Below, piece after piece: positions 12,156 to 24,039 of a stretch of DNA of 64,000 nucleotides. The stretch is from Octopus bimaculoides. Taxonomy: Eukaryota. The notes under the pieces were generated by a model. It was not told the DNA's origin, searched no databases, and saw only the letters and a list, made by a program, of their open reading frames with translations. Position numbers and translations under genes: made by a program. Every line of letters begins with the position of its first letter. The stretch's first letter is position 1. The DNA is taken from the NCBI RefSeq assembly GCF_001194135.2, contig NC_068998.1, positions 12,747,440 to 12,811,439 on the forward strand, in the 5' to 3' direction.

Positions 12156-12385
12156 CAGTCGTGGCCAAAAGTATGGGACATAGGTCTGAAAATTAGAATT
12201 TTTATATTAAATACCCTAAGTTATATTTAATTTGCAATATATTATTACAGTAAAATGGTGGCTATCTAAAAAAAAAAAAAATTTTAGTTATGTTTGATGC
12301 CAGTCATGTGACTTTCTGTAATTTTGTGAATTGTACTTGGGCATAACAATTTTTTTTAAATGTTCCAAACTTTTGGCCATGACTG
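12156..12385. mobile_element. Tc1-like MITE (230 bp) inserted in the RTE remnant
   Basis: 25-bp TIR cagtcgtggccaaaagtatgggaca / tgttccaaacttttggccatgactg (3 mismatches), flanked by TA. Removing it restores the reading gtg atg aat atg gaa gat gac. Confidence 0.9.
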
Positions 12386-13539
12386 TATGGAAGATGACAT
12401 GTATAGAGGTGGCAAGAGATCCTAGTGGAAGAACTTGTGGAAAAGAAAGCATAAGAAGTGGTGAAGGCTGAATCCCAAGACTGAGATGACAAAGGACCAC
12501 AACAAGTGGTGGGTTGCTCTGCCAGAGAAGATCCATCCAGTCAAGGCAAGCATGGAAAAACTGACATAAAATTGATGATATTACTGATGCTTCCAGCAAT
12601 GGATCAAGGCCACAAATTTGACGGGAAAGTATATTGTTAACTAGATCAATATTCTGTTTGACTGAAGCTTAATTTTATAGAGATGACGATGATAAGATCT
12701 TTTCTATTATAGGCACACAGCCAGAATTTTGAGGGCTGGGTGGGGTGGGGTGGAGTAGTCANNNNNNNNNNNNNNNNNNNNNNNNNNNNNNNNNNNNNNN
12801 NNNNNNNNNNNNNNNNNNNNNNNNNNNNNNNNNNNNNNNNNNNNNNNNNNNNNNNNNNNNNNNNNNNNNNNNNNNNNNNNNNNNNNNNNNNNNNNNNNNN
12901 NNNNNNNNNNNNNNNNNNNNNNNNNNNNNNNNNNNNNNNNNNNNNNNNNNNNNNNNNNNNNNNNNNNNNNNNNNNNNNNNNNNNNNNNNNNNNNNNNNNN
13001 NNNNNNNNNNNNNNNNNNNNNNNNNNNNNNTTTGTATTTGTTATTCCTATGTGATAATGAGTACTGAAGTCTGCTATAGAATTATTAGTGTGGAACATTC
13101 CTGTATTGTGATGTGATAACTGACCCCCCCCCCACACACACACGTACGTTTATGCACAAACACGTGTTTTTATGCATATGCAAGGAAAGAGAGTTAAAGT
13201 TTTGCTTATAGGAATACCAGAGAATGAACAGGAAAACAATAATAATGACATGTTTGTCTTTGCATTAATTAACAAACATGTCTCTCTTTCCTCAAATGTA
13301 TAATTAGTTTGGAACCAAATTGTCTGATTTTTTTTTTCTCTTTTTTTCTTAAAAAATTTAAGGTTAGTATAATATAGCTCTTTACACTGCATCTTTCTGC
13401 CTACACATACAAACATATGCACACAACACACACACATGCACATGTATGTGTATGTATGTTGTGTGCATATATATATATGTTATTATTTAGAACAAACAGT
13501 AAGGTGTCATTATAGTACTTCATATTATTTTGTGTGTGT

Positions 13540-13785
13540 GTGAAGGCGTATGGCTCAGTGTTTAGAGCACCGAGCTTATGATCGTGAGGTTGTGAGTTTG
13601 ATTCCTGGACTGGGCTGCAAGACACTTTATTTCACATTGCTCCAGTTCACTCAGCTGTAGAAATGAATTGTAACATTTCTGGTGCCAAGCTATATCGGCC
13701 CCTTTGCCTTTCCCTTGGATAACATTGGTGGCATGGAGAAGGGAGGCTGGTATGCATGGGTGACTGCTGGCCTTCCATAGAAAAG
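13540..13785 (+). mobile_element. Family G SINE with an internal deletion
   Basis: Homologous to 3786-4185 but lacks tgtgttgtgctcttga after the B-box. Confidence 0.8.
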
Positions 13786-14230
13786 CAGCCCTAGGTTGTA
13801 TGTTCCCCGGTGAGGTGACCTCAGTAGTAAATATATTAGCAGAGCAAATTTAACTAATTCCTCTCCATAGATTGAAATAATAATGACCAGCTTCAATCAT
13901 TCTCACCAGAGGTGCCTACATCCGTTTGACCAATCCCAGAGAAACAAGCAGCCAGTCTGTTTATGCACTCACCAAATCCAGTAGCTACAGAGAATTGGAG
14001 CTACTAATTTGCATACCGTATTACACACAGGTTGGTGCAGATATATGTACATATGTATNNNNNNNNNNNNNNNNNNNNNNNNNNNNNNNNNNNNNNNNNN
14101 NNNNNNNNNNNNNNNNNNNNNNNNNNNNNNNNNNNNNNNNNNNNNNNNNNNNNNNNNNNNNNNNNNNNNNNNNNNNNNNNNNNNNNNNNNNNNNNNNNNN
14201 NNNNNNNNNNNNNNNNNNNTATGTCTATGA

Positions 14231-14262
<32 letters not shown>

Positions 14263-14566
14263 CTGCTTATATGTATAGGTAGACTCTGTGTGTGTGTCTA
14301 TCTAAAGCTCTATATATCTATATATATACTAGAGAGTGAGTTCACTTCATCACTAATCAGTGTTTCACGCAGTCACACACAGAAGATATGTTGCAGCAAT
14401 CTCTCAGACAGTTCTTTTCTATAATAATCACCTGAAGGGTTTCAGCTACATATTACTGTAAAACTGAGTAATGATCGAGTAAGGTCACTGACAGCCTCCC
14501 AGTAACTCGAAACTCTAGCGCAGAGCGCTCGCTTTTCTTTCATTTGTAAATATAAGTGTATATGTA

Positions 14567-14780
14567 CAGGAGGGGGTACAGAAAAGTTCCTTGCTTTGGG
14601 TAAAAGAAAGTACAGCAGGATCTACTAATTATGATTTTATTCAACATCCTCCCCTCTCAGATTCAGACATTTATTGCAGCAGTCCTCCAGTTTTACTAAG
14701 CCTTGTAATATAAAAAGAACTTGGATGGTTGAGCCTGCAACCAGGCCATTCACGATACCCTTGAAGCCAGGAACTTTTCA
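14567..14780 (-). mobile_element. Mariner-derived MITE
   Basis: TIR ggggtacagaaaagttcc / aagccaggaacttttca (right end truncated). Minus strand 14637-14708 reads LQGLVKLEDCCNKCLNLRGEDVE*, like a mariner transposase C-terminus. Homologous to 52437-52660. Confidence 0.8.
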
Positions 14781-15223
14781 TATATGCATAAATGTATAAG
14801 TGTATATACATACACACACATGTATATATGAAACTAAAAAGAGCAAATGTAGAAACAAAAGTTGTAAAACGGCCAACGCCTGCTTCCTCCTCTTCTGTTC
14901 CGCAGTAATAATCAGTAAATTAGTTGTTTCCTAACGTGTACCATATTAGTATGTCTGTATACATGTGTAGTTGAGTTGTTGTTTAGCGCCATGTCTGCCA
15001 TATTCAAGGAGTCCAGTGATCAAACCAGTCACACTGCAGCTGTGACTATCCTATTGCTTTTATTTTCCAGGGAACTAGATCTACACATTATCCAATGTGT
15101 CCCTCCTCGTTTTATAGTTATAGCTTGTAATTTGAGTGAAATTTGGTTACTACTTCTAGCAAATTGAACAACCACTTAGAAGCTCATTCATTAGCTCATA
15201 TTGTAATGGATGTGCTGAAAACA

Positions 15224-15278
<55 letters not shown>

Positions 15279-15603
15279 NNNNNNNNNNNNNNNNNNNNNN
15301 NNNNNNNNNNNNNNNNNNNNNNNNNNNNNNNNNNNNNNNNNNNNNNNNNNNNNNNNNNNNNNNNNNNNNNNNNNNNNNNNNNNNNNNNNNNNNNNNNNNN
15401 NNNNNNNNNNNNNNNNNNNNNNNNNNNNNNNNNNNNNNNNNNNNNNNNNNNNNNNNNNNNNNNNNNNNNNNNNNNNNNNNNNNNNNNNNNNNNNNNNNNN
15501 NNNNNNNNNNNNNNNNNNNNNNNNNNNNNNNNNNNNNNNNNNNNNNNNNNNNNNNNNNNNNNNNNNNNNNNNNNNNNNNNNNNNNNNNNNNNNNNNNNNN
15601 NNN

Positions 15604-15638
<35 letters not shown>

Positions 15639-16269
15639 CGCAGAGTAGATAAAACAGGAGACAACTGATGAAGGGAATGTTCTTTATGTTGCCTGTCTCG
15701 TTTCTCTATTTGTTTCTTTCATTGTTCGAAAAGAAGTTCGTTTTCCATGTTTTTTTTGTTTTTTTATGTTCTCGTTTTTCATTTTGTTCACATTTTTTTG
15801 ACGTCCTGTACCCATATATGCATGTATATATACATATATATGTAGGTATGTACATATATGTATGTATATATGCATATATATATATTATTTATATTATTAT
15901 ATATATGTGTGTATGTGTATATATATATATATATATATGTAGATATATAGTGGCCAAGTAATGAAGAATCATAATTGGTTTATTAAAAACATAGTAAACT
16001 CGTGATGGACAATGTTCATTGAAGTTCATGAGTGTCATCTATTTTCTAAACCCATCTGTACTATTCAGAAATGTATTGAAAACTGTTTCACTTTGATAGT
16101 CAGACACAGCAGATATTCACTGCTATTGTTGCGTCTAATTTATGTTAATAGAGATAAATAGTTCTTGCAATTCTACAAAGTGAATTAACTTTTAACCCCT
16201 TTTAACATCTGTAATTCAGATACTAAGGTATTTAGATGTTGTTTAACGTTTATCTTTTATGTGAATAGG

Positions 16270-16500
16270 TCATTGGACTACAGCCATGCTGGGGCACTGC
16301 CTTGAAAAGTTTAATCAAATGAACCAAGTCCAATACTTGTTTTTTTTTACAGTCTGGTATTTATTCTCTCAATCCCCCATTTTTTTTTTTTGTTGAACTG
16401 CTAAGTTATGGGGATGTAAGCAAATCAACACCAGTTGTCAACTAGTTGTCAACTGTATGTGGGACAGATACAAAGACACATACATACATATCCATATTTA

Positions 16501-16547
<47 letters not shown>

Positions 16548-16960
16548 CTGATGGACTGTCACATAGTTTCTTATTTCTTTACTGCGCACAAGGGGCTAAA
16601 CATAGAGGGGACAAACAAGGACAGACAAAGGGATTAAGTCGATTACATCGACCCCAGTGCGTAACTGGTACTTAATTTATCGACCCCGAAAGGATGAAAG
16701 GCAAAGTCATCCTCGGAAGAATTTGAACTCAGAACGTAGCGGCAGACGAAATACCGTTAAGCATTTCGCCTGGTATGCTAACGTTTCTGCCAGCTTGCTG
16801 CCTTGTCACATGGTTTCACTCTACTAAATTCATTGACAAGCCATTGGTAGACCCAGGGCTGTAATCGAAGGCACTTTGCCCAAGATGCTGTGCAGTAGAA
16901 TTGAACCTGAAACCACACAGTTGTAAAATGAGCTTCTTAACCACACTGCTATGACTGTGT
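16270..16960 (-). mobile_element. Degenerate family C SINE hosting a younger family B insertion
   Basis: C tail (gccatgctggggcactgccttgaa), (TG)n, then the C head resumes after 16817 (ttgcccaag...accacactgc). Confidence 0.75.
16571..16803 (-). mobile_element. Family B SINE, young copy with an alternative 3' tail
   Basis: 14-bp TSD tgtcacat(a/g)gtttc at 16557-16570 / 16804-16817. CpGs largely retained. Tail tttgtctgtccttgtttgtcccctctatgtttagcccc differs from the other B copies. Confidence 0.9.
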
Positions 16961-16963
16961 GCC

Positions 16964-17106
16964 TGGCGTTAGGAAGGGCATCCAGCTGTAGAAACTCTGC
17001 CAGATCAGATTGGAGCCTGGTTCAGCCATCCGGTTCACCAGTCCTCAGTCAAATCGTCCAACCCATTCTTGCATGGAAGGCAGACGTTAAACGATGATGA
17101 TGATGA
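16964..17106 (+). mobile_element. Family A tail fragment
   Basis: tggcgttaggaagggcatccagctgtag...gacgttaaac(gat)n. Confidence 0.85.
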
Positions 17107-17983
17107 TATATAATTTGATCAGCACTTTCTTCCTGATGAATGTAAAAGAAGAAAATATATTAACAAAGCTAGATATGGTCAAAACTCTTGTCTTTTGGTC
17201 CCTGAGTGCCTTTAGCAGATTCTACTTTTTGTTAGCATTCTGAGCAGGCCCATGGTCAGAGTATGACTCTGTGTGCTTGGTTGAAGCTTGTGAGAAAATA
17301 ACTGACTCTAAGGTGCCTTTAACAGAGTTCTTCTGTGTTGCAAGTATATATAGGTTTACTGTCTGAAGACGAATCCAGCCTGAGGGTAATTCCATATCTT
17401 GATGTGCTTCTTACTACTGCATTAACCTGTGTGTTGTGAATTCTTTCACTCTTTTCCCCTCTCTCCAATCTTGAAGACCTCTACAAAGGTCATGGACACT
17501 ACCCACCCGCTCCTCCAAGCCATTACACAAAACAACAACAACAACAACAAAATGCTCATATGAAAAGAAATTAGTACAGTTGTTAATAGTAACAAGATTT
17601 TGGTGGTTTAAATGATAAAAGATAACAGACATAAATATTTCAAATACTGTTGATAACACTGTTTTAGTAACTATAAGGAATGCTTTAATGGTTCTATTAC
17701 TTAATCTGAGAATAGGTTTGGCTTATAGTTTTGATTCGGTCTTAGCACATTGAATCGAAAACATTAACTGTGCAAGGTTAAGGCTTAATTTGAATTCTTA
17801 TAGGTTAGTTGTTGTAGTGTAAAATATGGTTTACTGCGTAGAAATGTACAACATTTAATGTCCCTGTATAAATTGCATATTATATGTCATCGTCACCATC
17901 ATCGTCATAATCATTACCATAACATCTGCTTTTCCATGCTCATGGAAAAGTAGGTGTTAAATTTAATTAGGCTGATTTCTTAG

Positions 17984-18080
17984 AATTGGGTATGCTGCTT
18001 GACACCAACCATCATCGTCTGTTTCCAGGCGACGTAATATTTACTCCTAGTCCTTTAAATGTGGACAGCATAATGGCTGG
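17984..18080 (+). CDS. Candidate internal exon (xLGMLLDTNHHRLFPGDVIFTPSPLNVDSIMAG), product unknown
   Basis: gctgatttcttag|AA...GCTGG|gtatgt. Only one frame is open. Unique, non-repetitive sequence with no recognised homology. Confidence 0.25.
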
Positions 18081-19305
18081 GTATGTTTTTATGGAAGATT
18101 GCAGACAAACAACAATGATGGTAGTGTTTGCTTACAACTGTTGCGCAATGTTAAGACAAAGAAACTAATTTCATAAAGATGAAACTGGTAGAATTCTAAA
18201 CACTTCTGATCATGTGTTGCCTTGCCATGGGCCTGTATTTGTTGATGGAGTTGTAAGGGGACATTGTTGCAATTTTCAGCATATTTTGAGCATCTAAACC
18301 TGCTGGAGCCCTGTACTTATGTTTGACCATAGCTGAATTCTTCCAGAGAGAAAGAGTCTATGTGAAAGAAAGAAAAGAATTGATTCTTGTACTAGACTGA
18401 TACTTTATAACCCCCCCCCCCATATCAAAGAAATGAAAAAGAAAGCATATCAACAGATCATTGTAAACTCTCTACTTCAAATTCATAAAACATTTTACCA
18501 TTCTTGCTCTTGTTTACATCGTCAGTTTGCATCGCTCTATAATATCTACTTACAGACATCTGGAGTGCTCTGTTCATAGCTAAGTGTTTTAACCTTTGTG
18601 ACATCCATTTGCAGTTACCTCTGATTCTATGCTACAAGTCCTCTCCTTTTAAAATGTTTGCTGTTAAATCAAAACCTACATTCACATTTCTATGTAAGAG
18701 TCTCATGTTTGTTGCAAACACCAGCACAATAATAACAAAAGTTAGTTACTTCCCAAAATTCTTTGAAATTTTTACATTAGTTTCAAAATAAATTCAAGAA
18801 CACACTAGTAATGAATCTCGTTAGAAATATTGTCTTGGAAAAACTTAATATTGACTACAATGAATTACTAGTGTTAATTTACAAACCATGGCTGATTGAA
18901 CGAATGAGGGAGGCCACTATATGGTTGATTGACTTGTCAGAAACAACAGCAATCTCTCTCAGATCACATCCTGCCATCTTTAAAGGAAGAATACATTGAA
19001 TAATAGCTATAGACATACTCCTAAACAAGATGGGGCAGTAATAGTTGGAATGTTTTCGATTGTTGGCCAGTTTGGTCAGGATTGATTTGGCAATAAACAT
19101 CAACAATGTTTGGTTGATTATTGCATCCTATCTCTCTATTGATTCTGCCATCTATGAGTCACATTAGCTGTTTTACTCAATTATTCTATTTTCTTTATCT
19201 TCCAATCTCTGTGGCTTTGAAAAGCTATTGATATGTCCCTTCAGAGTAAACTATAAAGGTCCCAAAAAGAGATCCCTAAAATAAAAATTTTAAGTTTTTA
19301 GCTTA

Positions 19306-19498
19306 GAGGTACAGGCATGGTTATGTGGTTAGAAAGATCCTTTTGCAGCCATGTGGTTTTGAGTTCAGTCCCACTGTATGGTACCTTGGGCAAGTGTTGT
19401 CTACTATAGCCTCAGGCAACAAATGCCTTGTGAATTAATGTGGTAGATGGAAATTGTGTAGAATCCCTATCTATCTGTCTGTCTATCTATCTAGCTAT

Positions 19499-19582
<84 letters not shown>

Positions 19583-19790
19583 ATATGTATATGTGCGTCT
19601 TTGTGTCTATCGTCCATTGCTTGACGACTGGTGTTGGTTTGTTTATGTCCCTGTAACTTAGCAGTTCATCAAAAGTGACATGCAGGATAAGTGTAAGTCC
19701 TGGGCCCAATTTGTTCAACTGAAAACCCTTGAAGGCGATGCACCAGCATGGCCACAGTCCAATGACTGAAACAAGTAAATGATAAAAGCA
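19306..19790 (+). mobile_element. Family C SINE with (CA)n expansion
   Basis: Head, CORE-like segment, microsatellite and C tail all present. Confidence 0.85.
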
Positions 19791-19864
19791 GATAAAAATT
19801 TATGATTTCTCTTGAGTGCATACTGTGTTAATAACAACATTCATCATCATCTTTATCATCATAT

Positions 19865-20201
19865 AGATGCAGGCGTGGCTGTGTGACAAGAAGTTTGCTT
19901 CTCAGCCACATGGTCCTGGGTTCAATCCCACTGTGTGGCACCATGGGCAAATGTCTTCTGCCATAGCCTCAGGCTGACCAAATACTTGTGAGTGGATTTG
20001 GTAGACAGAAACTGAAAGGAGCCTGTCATATATATATATATATGTATATATATANNNNNNNNNNNNNNNNNNNNNNNNNNNNNNNNNNNNNNNNNNNNNN
20101 NNNNNNNNNNNNNNNNNNNNNNNNNNNNNNNNNNNNNNNNNNNNNNNNNNNNNNNNNNNNNNNNNNNNNNNNNNNNNNNNNNNNNNNNNNNNNNNNNNNN
20201 N

Positions 20202-20232
<31 letters not shown>

Positions 20233-20435
20233 GTGGGTATCTTTGCATCTGTATTTGTCCCCCACCACCGCTTGATGCTGGTGTGTCTATGTCACCGTAA
20301 CTTAGCGGTTCAGCAAAAGAGACTGATAGAATAAGTACCAGACTTAAAAATAAAAATAAAAAGTACATTCAGCTAAAAGGTGTTGCCTCAGCATGGGCGT
20401 AGTCTAATGACTGACACAAATAAGAGATAAAAGAC
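19865..20435 (+). mobile_element. Family C SINE (gap inside its internal microsatellite)
   Basis: gcaggcgtggctgtgtg...(TA)n-gap...ttagcggttcagcaaaagagactgatagaataagtacc. Confidence 0.85.
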
Positions 20436-20833
20436 ACATTTTATGTATGCTTTTCCATGCTGGCATGGCTGGGATGGATTTTCTGAGATCTGAGTGTGTT
20501 TTTTACGGTTGGATGCACTTTCTGTTGCCAACCATTTTCATTGCTTCTCACAACATGCAGCAATGCAGTGTACCTATTTTAAAACTGTGACACACCTGGT
20601 AATGTACTATTAGCAGCATTGTTATATACTATATTTATATACTACATAATATAATTTACATAACGTACTAATATCCTTCTTTAGTGGCCCACATAACTAA
20701 GTTGCTTAAGTAGTTACTATTAAGTGTTGTCATTGAACCCTAGGTGCCTCACATTATTTAGCAGGCCTATGATCAAAGTTACTCTGTGTTATATATTTAT
20801 ATATATAAGCCAATGTTAGCCTTCTTTTTTTAA

Positions 20834-21052
20834 CCATGTTGATATCATATTTCTTTTGAAATACACTGCCTTTGTATCAATTAGCTTTGCAAATAAAGAA
20901 TTTATTAAAACAACTTTGTCCCTATTAAGATGGTGTTTAGAACATGGATTTGCATGAAATTCTAATAGAAGGTTTTGGTTTAGAGCATTTTAAAACAAGC
21001 AGTTTGTATCATAGATCCAAGGGAAGTTTCGGGTGGTTAGGTATCTAAAGGG
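20834..21052. mobile_element. Degenerate piggyBac-like MITE (219 bp)
   Basis: Flanked by TTAA / TTGA, right TIR ggtatctaaaggg. Interior is loosely similar to 23820-24039. A reverse fragment of the same family lies at about 29575-29745. Confidence 0.6.
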
Positions 21053-21746
21053 TTGATGCTATTTACAAATTTGGCTATTTCTAGCAGGTCAAAAGGACCA
21101 AGTAGAGGCTCCCTTGAGGCATGAAGTTGCTAAATTAACTATATATAACATGCCTTTCAACATATGCCCTCTACTGTATAACCTTTTCTAGTAACATATG
21201 ATGTAGGTTGGTTATGGTATGTGTTTATATTTCAGGTACATAATGCCCAAGGATCATAGGATTATAACCTTTAGGTTGGCATGTAGTTATTTATGAAATT
21301 TTTTTTTGATTTTGTATCACAATTTGCGAACAACAGCAGCATTGGTTACAGGTTTGCAATGGGCTAATTGCTGGTTCACTGCATTTCTGACGGTGTGATG
21401 GTGAGAGTATTAAGGAACTATCTGTATAACTTGAGCAGGACGAATAACTAAAAGGACTCCATTCATAGAACAACATTTTTCTCAGTTTTCTTGATAATGT
21501 TTGTACTCTACACTGATATCCATTGCTGAAGGATATTCACACAAACACACACTAATTTTATATATANNNNNNNNNNNNNNNNNNNNNNNNNNNNNNNNNN
21601 NNNNNNNNNNNNNNNNNNNNNNNNNNNNNNNNNNNNNNNNNNNNNNNNNNNNNNNNNNNNNNNNNNNNNNNNNNNNNNNNNNNNNNNNNNNNNNNNNNNN
21701 NNNNNNNNNNNNNNNNNNNNNNNNNNNNNNNNNNNNNNNNNNNNNN

Positions 21747-22082
21747 GGGCAAGTGTCTTCTACTATAGCTTCGGGCCGACCAAAGCCTTGTGAGTGGATT
21801 TGGTAGACAGAAACTGAAAGAAGCCCGTCGTATATATGTATATATATATATATGTATGTGTGTGTATATGTTTGTGTGTCTGTGTTTGTCCCCCAACATC
21901 GCTTGACAACCGATGCTGGTGTGTCTACGTCCCCGTAACTTAGCGGTTCGGCAAAAGAGACTGATAGAATAGGTACTAGGCATCCAAAGAATAAGTCCTG
22001 GGGTCGATTTGCTTGACTAAAAGGTGGTGCTCCAGCATGGCCACAGTCAAATGACTGAAACAAGTAAAAGAGAGTAAAAGAG
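21747..22082 (+). mobile_element. Family C SINE, young (5' end in gap)
   Basis: Near-identical to 22526-23214, with CpGs retained. Confidence 0.9.
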
Positions 22083-22525
22083 TATATATATAAAATCGTT
22101 GTTTCACACCTGTTTTCTCTCATCTTCCTCTATCAACTGTATAATTATCATTACCATGCTGCACTTTACTCTTTCTGTACTGCCAGCCATCACCTCCTCA
22201 TCCTTTGCAACAACTCCTGTTTACCATCAACCAACCCTCCACTTTAGTTCATTGCATTCACCCTTATCATCTACTTCCAGCTCTAGCCATCTCCCACTTT
22301 TCCCCACACACTCTTGCAGTGAGTCCTCGATGGAGTTTTTATGTGGTTGCTTGATCTGCTAGAAACAACAACCAAATCTTCCTCAAACCACACCCTGCTA
22401 TCTTTAAAAAAAAAAAAAAAGGACATGTTGTTCTGTGTAACTCTGGGCTCTTTTGAACCTTGTAGAGCTGTAATTAGAACAAACCTCAGGAAGCTTAGTG
22501 AAATTAATTTCAATATATATATATA

Positions 22526-22704
22526 TAGGCGCAGGAGTGACTGTGTGGTAAGTAGCTTGCTTACCAACCACATGGTTCTGGGTTCAGTCTCACTGCGTGG
22601 CATCTTGGGCAAATGTCCTCTACTATAGCCTCGGGCCGACCAAAGCCTTGTGAGTGGATTTAGTACACGGAAACTGAAAGAAGCCCGTCGTATATATGTA
22701 TGAT

Positions 22705-22745
<41 letters not shown>

Positions 22746-23214
22746 NNNNNNNNNNNNNNNNNNNNNNNNNNNNNNNNNNNNNNNNNNNNNNNNNNNNNNN
22801 NNNNNNNNNNNNNNNNNNNNNNNNNNNNNNNNNNNNNNNNNNNNNNNNNNNNNNNNNNNNNNNNNNNNNNNNNNNNNNNNNNNNNNNNNNNNNNNNNNNN
22901 NNNNNNNNNNNNNNNNNNNNNNNNNNNNNNNNNNNNNNNNNNNNNNNNNNNNNNNNNNNNNNNNNNNNNNNNNNNNNNNNNNNNNNNNNNNNNNNNNNNN
23001 NNNNNNNNNGTGTGTCTGTGTTTGTCCCCCTAGCATTGCTTGACAAACAATGCTGGTGTGTTTATGTCCCCTGTAACTTAGCGGTTCGGCAAAAGAGATC
23101 GATAGAATAAGTACTAGGCTTACAAAGAATAAGTCCTGGGGTCGATTTGCTCGACTAAAAGCGGTGCTCCAGCATGGCCACAGTCAAATGACTGAAACAA
23201 GTAAAAGAGTAAAA
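22526..23214 (+). mobile_element. Family C SINE, young full-length (gap in microsatellite)
   Basis: Head taggcgcaggagtgactgtgtggtaag...gggttcagtc, CORE-like catcttgggcaaatgtcctctactatagcctc, tail gaaacaagtaaaagag. Confidence 0.9.
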
Positions 23215-23819
23215 TATATATATTAAATCATTCCATTCTGTGTAAATCCTCACAATTTATATATGTCTTTGTATCATCCCCTCCTCATCATTTGTCCTGG
23301 TGGTAAGTAAAGGAAATATTCATCATCATCATCATCATCATCATCAGCATCATCAACCACCACCCTCATGATCATCATGCATTTGTGCTCCGTGCCAGCA
23401 TGGGGTGGATGGATCGATAAGGATCCAATCAGTCGGGGACTGCATTGTACTCATGTTTTACCTTCAGCTCACTGACATAATGAGTAATTTTATGAATAAT
23501 GGTACTTTGGAGTATTCATAACACTAACCACACTAACAAGAAAATAAAACAGTAAGTAATTTGATCAAGAAAAATCCAGTTATACAGTGTATGCGAAAAA
23601 GACAGGATGGTTATGGCTGGAATGGTTTTGATTAGTTACCTACTTCATCTAGGCTGACCTGGGGCTATACAATAACATGTCCAATTCATAAAGCAAATGA
23701 GGAAGAGCTTTATATCTGCTAGAAATTGAAGCAAAATCTTAGTCAGATCTCACTGTACCATCTTAAATCAAGAAAGACATTGGGTAATATAATGCTAGAT
23801 ATAGATATAGTATGTTTAA

Positions 23820-24039
23820 CCCTTTCCTTACCGTATTTATTTTGAGATGCTCTGTGTTTCTTTGAATTACTTTAAATATAACAAAGAATTTAGTAAACTA
23901 ACTTAGTTATCATTCAGCTAGTGTTAGGAACATAAATTATGACGAAGGTTTGGTAGAAGATTTTAATTCAAAACTTATAAAAACAAGACATTTGTACTCA
24001 GAGCCAGAGCCGGTTTCAGCCGGGTTGGTAACGAAAGGG
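23820..24039. mobile_element. piggyBac-like MITE (220 bp)
   Basis: TTAA at 23816-23819 and 24040-24043. 13-bp TIR ccctttccttacc / ggtaacgaaaggg (1 mismatch). Confidence 0.9.

Larger units (their letters stand above)
11180..12580 (+). mobile_element. Decayed RTE-clade LINE 3' region (ORF2 C-terminal remnant), interrupted by a SINE and a MITE
   Basis: Remnant peptides VHKKRCSCRITGRLTEK, LEVVDSFCYLGD (11373-11408), GWKKFRLLL, ETLALNKED...ELGEKLGIKGIKCRMQKRRQCWY, VMNMEDD and EMTKDHNKW...HPVKASMEK match the RTE ORF2 C-terminus as I know it. Multiple stops and frameshifts. Confidence 0.85.

Noticed and set aside
14460-14530. Hammerhead-like arrangement gagt...actc-GAAA-ctct-agcgc-agag
   Set aside because: The CTGANGA core is absent (taatgatc) and the position after stem III is CG rather than UH.
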